Assembly (NCBI GenBank): GCA_963667465.2
Contig: CAXXDN010000002.1
Coordinates: 704,001-768,000, forward strand
From: Dehalococcoidia bacterium
GTDB lineage: Bacteria; Chloroflexota; Dehalococcoidia; UBA2979
DNA: 64,000 nucleotides
Reading direction: 5' to 3'
Position 1 is the first letter of the stretch; each line of letters opens with the position of its first letter. Shown here piece by piece: positions 40,280 through 49,136 of this stretch. The notes under the pieces were generated by a model, which ran no database searches, was not told where the DNA came from, and was given only the letters and a program-made list of their open reading frames with translations. Both the position numbers and the translations under genes were made by a program.

Positions 40280-42568
40280 ATGGTTGCGACGGACAAGCCC
40301 GCGTACCGCGTGATCGGCAGCCGGCCGGTCCGCCCCGACGGCGCGGACAAGGTCACGGGCCGCGCCCGCTACGGCGCCGACGTGCTGCTTCCGGGGATGC
40401 TCTACGGCCGCGTGCTGCGCAGCCCGCACGCCCACGCCCGGATCGTGCGCATCGACACATCGGAGGCCGAGGCGCTCGCTGGCGTCCGCGGCGTCGCGAC
40501 CTGGGACGACCTGCCGCCGAAGAACTGGGACGAGCTCCCCAACCTCGGCGAGGGCGCGGCCGAGACGCGCTGGATGGCGCGCAACGTCTTCGCGCGCGAC
40601 AAGGCGCTTTATGCCGGCCACGCCATCGCCGCCGTCTGCGCCACCGATCCGCACATCGCCGAGGACGCCCTCGGCCTGATCGAGGTCGAGTACGAGGTGC
40701 TGCCGCCGCTGCTCGACGTGCGCGAGGCGATGAACCCGAACGCGCCACTGCTGCACGACGACCTCTACACCACAGACCTGACCGGTGGTGGCACAGGCGA
40801 TGAGCTGACGAACATCGGCAAGCACCTCGAGTTCCGCTCCGGCGACATCGAGGCCGGGTTCGCAGAGGCCGACGTGATCGTCGATCGCGAGTTCGAGACC
40901 GCGATGGCGCACCAGGGTTACCTCGAGCCGCACAACGGCACGGCGATGTGGAGCGAGGACGGCGAGCTGACCGTCTGGAACAGCTCGCAGGGCCCGTTCG
41001 TGGTGCGCGAGCAGCTGCACATGCTGCTCGATCTACCGCTCTCCAGGGTCAAGGTCGTGCCGATGGAGATCGGAGGAGGTTTCGGGGGAAAGATTCCGGT
41101 CTACATGGAGCCGATGGCCGCGATCCTCTCGAAGAAGAGCGGGCGGCCCGTCAAGATGATCATGACCCGCCAGGAAGTGCTCGAGGCGACCGGCCCGACC
41201 TCCGGCACGTGGGTGCGCGCGAAGATCGGCGCCAGGCGGGACGGGCGCATCGTAGCCGCCGAGATCGAGCTGGCCTTCGAAGCGGGCGCCTTCCCCGGAT
41301 CGCCGTTCTCCGCGGGCGCGCTTTGCGCGCTGGGCCCGTACGACATCGAGAACCAGCGCGTCGAGGGCTGGGACGTCTGCGTCAACAAGCCGAAGGTCGC
41401 TGCCTACCGGGCACCCGGTGCTCCGGCGACTGCATTCGCCGTCGAGTCCATCCTCGATGAGCTGGCGGATCTGCTGGAGCGCGACCCGATCGACCTGCGC
41501 CTGCAGAATGCCGCCCACGAGGGCACTCGCCTCTCGGACGGGACGCCGCTCGGTGTGATCGGCAACGTCGAGGTGATGGAGAGCGTCCAGGGCAGCGAGC
41601 ACTACCGCTCCGAGCTGCAAGGCGAGAATCGGGGCCGCGGCGTGGCGCTGGGCTACTGGCGCAACGCAGGCATGGAAACGAGCGCCCACGCCGTGATCAA
41701 CCAGGACGGGACCATCAATCTGGTCGTCGGCACGGTGGACATCGGTGGGCTGCGCGCGACGCACGCGATGCAGCTCGCCGAGGCCCTGGGCCTCGAGTAC
41801 GACGACATTCGCCCGCAGGTGGTCGATACTGCCGCGGTCGGGCGCAACTCGGTAACCGGCGGGAGCCGCAGTACCTTCGCAGGCGGCTGGGCGATGCACG
41901 AGCTGGCGCAGGATCTGCGCGCACAGCTCGAGGCCCGCGCCGCACAGATCTGGGGCGTCCAGCGCGACAATGTCTCCTACGGCGACGACGCGGTTGTCCG
42001 CGGCCCGGCGGCCGTGGACGGCTCGGAGCGCTCGTTCAGCTTCAAGGAGCTGGCGGGGCAGCTCTACGGCAGCGGCGGGATGGTCCAGGCGCGCGCGGAC
42101 GTCAGCCCCACCACCGTCGGTCCCGCCTACGCCGGACACGTCGTGGATGTCGAGGTGGACCCGGAAACCGGCAAGGTCGACATCCTGCGCTACACGGCGG
42201 TGCAGGACGTGGGCAAGGCGATCCACCCGTCCTACGTCGAGGGCCAGCTGCAGGGTGGGGCGCTGCAAGGCATCGGCATGGCACTGACCGAAGAGTACTT
42301 CTACGGCGACGATGGCGTGATGCGGAACTCGAGCCTGCTCGACTACCGGATGCCGACCGCCCTCGATACGCCGATGATCGACGCGGTGCTCGTGGAAGTG
42401 GCGAATCCGGGTCACCCCTACGGGGTGCGTGGCGTGGGCGAGGTACCGATCGTCCCGCCGCTGGCGGCGATCACGAACGCGATCCACGCTGCGACCGGCG
42501 TGCGCATGCAGAAGCTGCCGGCCTCGCCGCGCGCGGTCCTCGACGAGCTGCTCTCGGAAGAGGCATAA
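40280..42568 (+). CDS. Xanthine dehydrogenase family molybdopterin-binding large subunit (copy 2)
   Basis: Same motifs as copy 1 and clearly paralogous; has its own SD and an upstream TACAAT. Confidence 0.94.
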   Translation: MVATDKPAYRVIGSRPVRPDGADKVTGRARYGADVLLPGMLYGRVLRSPHAHARIVRIDTSEAEALAGVRGVATWDDLPPKNWDELPNLGEGAAETRWMARNVFARDKALYAGHAIAAVCATDPHIAEDALGLIEVEYEVLPPLLDVREAMNPNAPLLHDDLYTTDLTGGGTGDELTNIGKHLEFRSGDIEAGFAEADVIVDREFETAMAHQGYLEPHNGTAMWSEDGELTVWNSSQGPFVVREQLHMLLDLPLSRVKVVPMEIGGGFGGKIPVYMEPMAAILSKKSGRPVKMIMTRQEVLEATGPTSGTWVRAKIGARRDGRIVAAEIELAFEAGAFPGSPFSAGALCALGPYDIENQRVEGWDVCVNKPKVAAYRAPGAPATAFAVESILDELADLLERDPIDLRLQNAAHEGTRLSDGTPLGVIGNVEVMESVQGSEHYRSELQGENRGRGVALGYWRNAGMETSAHAVINQDGTINLVVGTVDIGGLRATHAMQLAEALGLEYDDIRPQVVDTAAVGRNSVTGGSRSTFAGGWAMHELAQDLRAQLEARAAQIWGVQRDNVSYGDDAVVRGPAAVDGSERSFSFKELAGQLYGSGGMVQARADVSPTTVGPAYAGHVVDVEVDPETGKVDILRYTAVQDVGKAIHPSYVEGQLQGGALQGIGMALTEEYFYGDDGVMRNSSLLDYRMPTALDTPMIDAVLVEVANPGHPYGVRGVGEVPIVPPLAAITNAIHAATGVRMQKLPASPRAVLDELLSEEA

Positions 42569-42573
42569 CAGTC

Positions 42574-42843
42574 ATGGCGACGGTGTTCATTCCCTCGCTG
42601 ATGCGGAAGATGACGGACGACCGCGAGACAGTCGAGGTGCCCGGCGCCACGCTGCGGCAGGTGGTCGACAACCTCGATGCGGAGTATCCGGGCATCAAGG
42701 AGTTGATCGTCGAGGACGGGCGGGTGCGGCCCGGGCTCCAACTGGCCGTGGACGGGGTGCTGTCCGCGACGGGGCTGATGGGCAAGGTGCCGGAGGGCTC
42801 GGAGGTCCACATCCTGCCGGCACTCGGAGGGGGACACCGCTAG
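42574..42843 (+). CDS. MoaD/ThiS family ubiquitin-like protein
   Basis: VFIPSLMR, VEVPGATLRQVVDNL, EVHILPALGGG followed by an HR extension. Confidence 0.88.
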   Translation: MATVFIPSLMRKMTDDRETVEVPGATLRQVVDNLDAEYPGIKELIVEDGRVRPGLQLAVDGVLSATGLMGKVPEGSEVHILPALGGGHR

Positions 42844-42844
42844 G

Positions 42845-43880
42845 TATTCTTCCCACGAGCGTTGTTTACAGGCGTGAGGCGGGGACAGCCCCGCCGATGC
42901 CGCCGTGTGGCCGGCGAGCATTGTAGCGGTAGAGCCAGCGCGGGAGCTGGTGCAACCGCTCGGCGTTGGAGCGGTAGGGGCGGGCGTAGGCCCACTCGTT
43001 CTGCAGGATCTGGATGAAGCGCTCGGCCTTCCCGTTCGTTTGCGGGCGGTAGGGCCGGGTGTGACGCAGTTCCACTCCTGCGGCGGCGGCCACGCCGCGG
43101 AAGTCGCCGGAGACGGTGTACGCCTGCGCGTTGTCGGTGAGCACGCCGCGCACGCGCACGCCGCGGCGGCCGAACGCGGCGAGCGCCTGCTTGAGGAAGG
43201 CGGCGCAGCTCGCGCCGCGCTCGTCGGGCAGCACGGCGACGTAGGCGTAGCGGCTGTGGTCGTCGACGGCGACGTGGAGGTAGTCGAGGCCGCGCGTGCG
43301 CGGGGTCGCCGCGGAGCGGCCACGGACGCGGTGTCCGCCGCCCTCGGGGATGCGGCCCAGCTTTTTCACGTCGATGTGCAGCAGGTCGCCGGGGGCAGGG
43401 TGCTCGTAGCGCAGCTTCTGCCTGCTCACGCGGTGCAGGCGGTCGAGACGGTTGAGACCGAAGCGGCGGAGCACGGCGTAGGCGGTGGAGCGGGCGATCC
43501 CGAGCGCCCAGGCGATGCGGTGCGGCCCGAACCCCTGGCTGCGGCGCACCGCGCAGATGCGGGACTCCAGCTGCGGCGAGGTGCGGCGCGGATTCGAGCG
43601 CGGAGCGGAGGTGCGGTCCTCGAGTCCGGCCGCGCCCTCCTCGTGGTAGCGGCGCCACCACTTGCCGACCGTCGCACGAGAAACCCGGAAGCGCCGCGCA
43701 ACCTCCGCCTGCGACCAGCTGGCCTCGACCTCCAGAACCATCTCCAGCCGGGTGGCCGGAGTCAGACGCGCGTTAGGATGTGCCACGAGAGGCTCCTCTC
43801 CTGCTACTGGTGCGTTCTTCAGACACACACACAGCAGCAGGCGGGGCCCCTCACCTGCAACAACCTACGTGGGAACTACA
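42845..43880 (-). mobile_element. IS481 family insertion sequence (copy 1, 1036 bp)
   Basis: Imperfect terminal IRs TATTCTTCCCACGAGCGTTGTT and TGTAGTTCCCACGTAGGTTGTT; flanks GCTAGG and CCTAGG. Confidence 0.93.
42866..43786 (-). CDS. IS481 family transposase
   Basis: HPNARLTP, YEHPAPGDLLHIDVKKLGRIP, HVAVDDHSR, LTDN, RPYRPQTNGKAERF. Confidence 0.96.
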   Translation of the reverse strand: MAHPNARLTPATRLEMVLEVEASWSQAEVARRFRVSRATVGKWWRRYHEEGAAGLEDRTSAPRSNPRRTSPQLESRICAVRRSQGFGPHRIAWALGIARSTAYAVLRRFGLNRLDRLHRVSRQKLRYEHPAPGDLLHIDVKKLGRIPEGGGHRVRGRSAATPRTRGLDYLHVAVDDHSRYAYVAVLPDERGASCAAFLKQALAAFGRRGVRVRGVLTDNAQAYTVSGDFRGVAAAAGVELRHTRPYRPQTNGKAERFIQILQNEWAYARPYRSNAERLHQLPRWLYRYNARRPHGGIGGAVPASRL

Positions 43881-44032
43881 CCTAGGCAGGCGCCCTCAGC
43901 GGATCGGTACTGGCGCACATTGCCGCGCCTTCGCAACACGAACCGTCATGTGCCGCGGGGTGCATGACGGCAAGGGTGTGCTATACTCACTCCGGTCAGA
44001 CCGGGGGGTACCAGTGGGAGTAGGTGGTACCG

Positions 44033-44524
44033 ATGGAGGAGTTCGAGGTCTACTACACGACCGGGGAAGTCAAGGACGAGGAGCCTGCTAACGCCGGACT
44101 GTCCGCAGCAGACCTGCCGCGCCTGGAACGGCAAGTCCGCGAGACGGGCGTGGCCTACCGTGTGGTGGAAGGGCTCACGCAACAGGAACGCGAGGAGGCA
44201 TACGTCAGCCGGGCCGTGCGGCCCTCGGTCAGCAAGCGTTACCGGGTCCGGCGCGTCTTTGGCACGAACAAGTACTCCGGGCAGTACTTCGGCGGGGCTG
44301 TTCCGGCGCTGGTGGTGCTGGAGAACGGACGCCCGGTCGATGTCTACCCGCACGAAGAACAGGACGGGACGATCGTGACCATTCGCGACTACTTGGATCG
44401 CATCGGCGGTAGCGACGGCGGCGACGGCGCGGACTTGGCCAGGCGCATGGACGCATTGCGCGCTCGCATCGGGCGCGTCGGTGTCAGCGCGCGCGAGTTG
44501 ATCGAGGACGGACGCCGCTTCTGA
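44033..44524 (+). CDS. Putative antitoxin: uncharacterised thioredoxin-like N-domain with a VapB-like C-terminal tail
   Basis: Lies upstream of vapC; VPALVVLENGRPVDVYPH; tail DLARRMDALRARIGRVGVSARELIEDGRRF; extended -10 TGcTATACT at about 43979-43987. Confidence 0.65.
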   Translation: MEEFEVYYTTGEVKDEEPANAGLSAADLPRLERQVRETGVAYRVVEGLTQQEREEAYVSRAVRPSVSKRYRVRRVFGTNKYSGQYFGGAVPALVVLENGRPVDVYPHEEQDGTIVTIRDYLDRIGGSDGGDGADLARRMDALRARIGRVGVSARELIEDGRRF

Positions 44525-44573
44525 TGGCGCCGAGCCTCAGCAGCGGCAGGAGTACGCGCAGGCAGCTACAGGC

Positions 44574-45026
44574 GTGACCTATGACCTCGGGCCGCGGCGC
44601 TGCGTCGTCGATGCCTCCGTCGTGCTGAAGTGGCAGTTCGGCGACGAGGACGACGTCGAGCAAGCGCTCGCGCTACGCGACGCCTTTCTCGTGGACCAGG
44701 CCGTGGAACTGCACGCGCCGATGCTACTGGCGTACGAGCTGACCAACGCAATGCGCACCGCGGAGCGCCGTGCGCGCGTGCTTCCCGAGGTGGCCAGCGA
44801 GGCGCTCGACAACATGCTCGCGGCGGGGATCGCGCTGCACGAGCCTGCGCCCTCCGAGACGTTCCGCCTCGCTCGTCAACTCGGGATCAGCGGCTACGAT
44901 GCCGCCTATGTCGCACTCGCAGCCGAGCTCGGGATCGTGTGCTGGTCGGCGGACGAGCGGCTGGTGCGGGCCGCCTCGCCGCACGTCTCGTTCGTGCGCG
45001 CGATCAGCGAGTACGCCTCGCGTTAG
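44574..45026 (+). CDS. vapC: VapC PIN-domain toxin
   Basis: VVDASVVLKW, YELTNA, ISGYDAAYVALA, WSADERL. Confidence 0.92.
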   Translation: MTYDLGPRRCVVDASVVLKWQFGDEDDVEQALALRDAFLVDQAVELHAPMLLAYELTNAMRTAERRARVLPEVASEALDNMLAAGIALHEPAPSETFRLARQLGISGYDAAYVALAAELGIVCWSADERLVRAASPHVSFVRAISEYASR

Positions 45027-45030
45027 GACG

Positions 45031-45467
45031 CTAGTCCGAATCCTCGAATGAGCAACTGCGGTCGGGGGAGGGGACAGCCTCCCGGAGCTGCTCCATGAGC
45101 GGCTCCACCAGCGGGACGGCGTCGTGCACGGCCACGCGGAGGGCCGCGCTCCAGTCGAAGGCGAGGCCGCTTTCGATCAGCGAGCGCGCGTCCTCCTCGC
45201 GGACCCGCCGGACCTCATCGGCAAGCACGTTCGCGGCCTCGTGAGCTTCGTGAGGCCTGACTCTTCCTCGTCGAGCCGCTCCTCGAAGTAGGTGAGCGCC
45301 TTGTCGCGGATCGAGCGCAGGCCGCTCGTGAGAATGAACAGGCAGTGCTCGTCCCCCTGGTGGACCGCGATCTTCCGCGCGACGGAGGTCTCCGTCCCGC
45401 TCGTGATGCGCGTGCCGGCGATCGCGAGCAGGCCCTCCTCGCACTTCATCCCGAGGCAGAACGTCAC
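45031..45467 (-). pseudogene. Anbu-like 20S proteasome-type peptidase, frameshifted and internally deleted
   Basis: GTG-TFCLGMK with Thr1, AGTRITSG, LTSGLRSIRDKA; frame change near 45242 to EAANVLADEVRRVREED; about 145 codons in total, much shorter than intact family members. Confidence 0.82.
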
Positions 45468-45508
45468 ATGCGGACCCTTCCCGTGCGGCCGGGTCACCCC
45501 GGCGAAGG

Positions 45509-46327
45509 TTACTGCTGCTGCTGATCCGGCTGGGATTCCGAGCGCACGCGCACCATCGTGCTCCAGTGCTCGGAGGCGGAGCCGGTGAACGCGCCGCGGA
45601 TCGGAGGCACGTCATCGTAGTCGCGGCCGATGGCCGTGACCACGTAGCGTCCGTCCTGGCGGGCGTCGTTGGCGGGGTCGAGGCCATGCCAGCCGTCGGG
45701 GGCCAGCAACTGGACCCAGGCGTGGCTGGCCGGGCTTGCCGCCTCGCCGACGTGGGGTGCGAGGTAGCCGCTCACGTAGCGGGCCGGAATGCCGCGCATG
45801 CGCAGGGCGGCGAGCATGAGGTGCGTGAAGTCCTGGCAGACGCCTTGCCCGGCATCCAGCAGATCGAGCGCGGTGGAGCCTACATCCGTGTCGCCGACGC
45901 GGAAGCCGAAGCGCTCGTGCATGAGCGAGGCGATCGCCGTGCCGGCGGCCACGGGCTCGAGGTCGAGCGGGACGCCCTCGCACAGCTCGGCGATCGCGGA
46001 GTCGAACGGCGAGCGGACCGTGGGGGCGAGGAAGAGGTGGCGCATCAGCGGGGTGGGCTCGTCCTGCTCGACGGGCTGCTCCGTCTCCACCTCCGCCTGG
46101 AGTGCGAGGTGGATCTGGTCGACCTCCTGGAGGAAGTCGACGTGGTGATACGCGTTCCCGAAGCCATCGTCGAGCTGGTGCAGCGCTGCTTCCGGGCTCA
46201 GCGTGAGCGAGGCGTCGATGCGGCGCTGCCCGAAGCCGTCCGCGGGAATCACGCGCAACTCCGTGTGCAGCAGCCGCACGCCCTGCGAGTAGAGATACGA
46301 GGATTCCCAGCGAACGGCGATACGCAT
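45509..46327 (-). CDS. Bacterial transglutaminase family protein
   Basis: GVCQDFTH, PARYVSGYL, ASHAWV, GLDPAN, AIGRDYDDVPPIRG; C-terminus QPDQQQQ. Confidence 0.94.
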   Translation of the reverse strand: MRIAVRWESSYLYSQGVRLLHTELRVIPADGFGQRRIDASLTLSPEAALHQLDDGFGNAYHHVDFLQEVDQIHLALQAEVETEQPVEQDEPTPLMRHLFLAPTVRSPFDSAIAELCEGVPLDLEPVAAGTAIASLMHERFGFRVGDTDVGSTALDLLDAGQGVCQDFTHLMLAALRMRGIPARYVSGYLAPHVGEAASPASHAWVQLLAPDGWHGLDPANDARQDGRYVVTAIGRDYDDVPPIRGAFTGSASEHWSTMVRVRSESQPDQQQQ

Positions 46328-46337
46328 CCCGGTTGTC

Positions 46338-47300
46338 CTAACCGACCGACGACGGGATGAGCCGGAAGATCTGCTCGTGCAGATGCTCGTCGATCCCGTT
46401 CAGTCGCGCCTGGAAGGTATCGAGGAAGTCGTGCAAGCGCTCCTCGGTGAGACGGCGCTCGTCCAGCGAGGAGAGGTCCAGGTCCAGCAGCGCGAGCTCC
46501 CGCGAGACGTGCACGGAGACGGCAGGCGGGGTGAGCGCGGTCGCCCCCTCGTAGTGGCGGCGGAAGGCGCGTATGCAGAAGCGGAGGCTGCGCGGGAAGC
46601 GCTCGCTCAGCACCAGCATGCTCGCGACCGCGGGGCCGCTGGGCGGCGCCCGGTGCGTCATCCGGAATGCCTGCCGGGCCCCGGCCGAACGCAGAACCGA
46701 GGTCCAGTGCACGCGGTCCACGGAGCCGCCAACTTCCTGGCCGGCGGGGAGCGCCACATACGACTTCGCGTCGATGATGCGGCTGGTCATGTCGGCGCGT
46801 TCGATGAAGATGCCGCAGCGGAACCAGTCCCGCCCCTCGTCCAGCTGCACGGTGTTGTCGAAGAGCCCGAAGATCGCGGCGATGCTGCGCCGCACGGAGT
46901 CGTAGAAGTCGGCCATGTTGGAGCCGCCCTCGGGATCGGTGCGCCGCACCTCCAGGTAGAGCCGGTTGATCTCCTCCCAGACGTCCCGGGAGAGGTGCTC
47001 GCGCAGCTGGCGCGCGAGGCTGCGGGAGTAGTTCAGGGTGGAGCGGAGCGAGTGCGGGTTCTCGGTCGACAGCAGCAGGAACTCGCTGGGGCTGATGCTG
47101 GGGTCCGCCTCGCGCGCCTCGTCGAAGCGGTCGTGGCCGCCGGTGGCGGTGATGACCGCGTCCCAGACCTCCGGGTCCGCGTCCAGGCCGCCCGCCTCCA
47201 CCGAGGCGAAGTACGAAACCTCCGCCATGCGCGAGATGTTCTCGACGCGCTCGAGGTTGCGGCCGAACCAGTAGAGGTTCTCGGCGACCCTGCTGAGCAT
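46338..47300 (-). CDS. Alpha-E domain protein (DUF403)
   Basis: MLSRVAENLYWFGRNLER, LSRDVWE.IN, IERADMTSRI, FPRSLRFC. Confidence 0.94.
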   Translation of the reverse strand: MLSRVAENLYWFGRNLERVENISRMAEVSYFASVEAGGLDADPEVWDAVITATGGHDRFDEAREADPSISPSEFLLLSTENPHSLRSTLNYSRSLARQLREHLSRDVWEEINRLYLEVRRTDPEGGSNMADFYDSVRRSIAAIFGLFDNTVQLDEGRDWFRCGIFIERADMTSRIIDAKSYVALPAGQEVGGSVDRVHWTSVLRSAGARQAFRMTHRAPPSGPAVASMLVLSERFPRSLRFCIRAFRRHYEGATALTPPAVSVHVSRELALLDLDLSSLDERRLTEERLHDFLDTFQARLNGIDEHLHEQIFRLIPSSVG

Positions 47301-47303
47301 GGC

Positions 47304-48767
<1,464 letters not shown>

Positions 48768-48883
48768 GGCTAATGTCACCCCGACAGGATAATGCGCGGG
48801 AGGCAATCGCTGGGCGGTAACGAGCGGCGAGGGCGGGCGAATCGTTGGGGATCGGACGTGTTGGCGGGGTACGCGCGGTCTGC

Positions 48884-49024
48884 CTAGCGCGCCTGGGGGG
48901 TGCGCGGGCCGCCGGCCCGCAGCTGCTGGCTCGGGCGGGAACCGGCGCGCATCTGGTCGCTGACCACGCGCAGCCTCTGCTGCCGGGCTGGCTGCCGCTT
49001 GCGGGTTCCTCGCGCTGACCGCAT
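48884..49024 (-). CDS. Unannotated 46-aa Arg/Gln-rich peptide
   Basis: AGGAGG SD 10 nt before ATG; MRSARGTRKRQPARQQRLRVVSDQMRAGSRPSQQLRAGGPRTPQAR*; shorter than any ORF in the supplied track. Confidence 0.55.
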   Translation of the reverse strand: MRSARGTRKRQPARQQRLRVVSDQMRAGSRPSQQLRAGGPRTPQAR

Positions 49025-49067
49025 CTGCGTGTTCCCTCCTGGCTCAACCCCAGAATCGGCGTTTCGC

Positions 49068-49105
49068 GTGACAGCCGTGTTCCCGCGATGTTGAGTTCGC
49101 GTGAA
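49068..49105 (-). promoter_or_regulatory. Four 11-bp-spaced half-sites (OmpR/PhoB/GlnR-type architecture)
   Basis: Minus strand TTCAC-n6-TCAAC-n6-GGAAC-n6-GTCAC; the outer two share TCACGCGAA. Confidence 0.5.
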
Positions 49106-49136
49106 ATCCGAACTGGGCAGGGCGCAGGCGCCTGGG

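Noticed and set aside
37813-42568. Aerobic CO dehydrogenase (coxL)
   Set aside because: The active-site loop is AYRAPG, not AYxCSFR or AYRGAGR, and no cox accessory genes are present.
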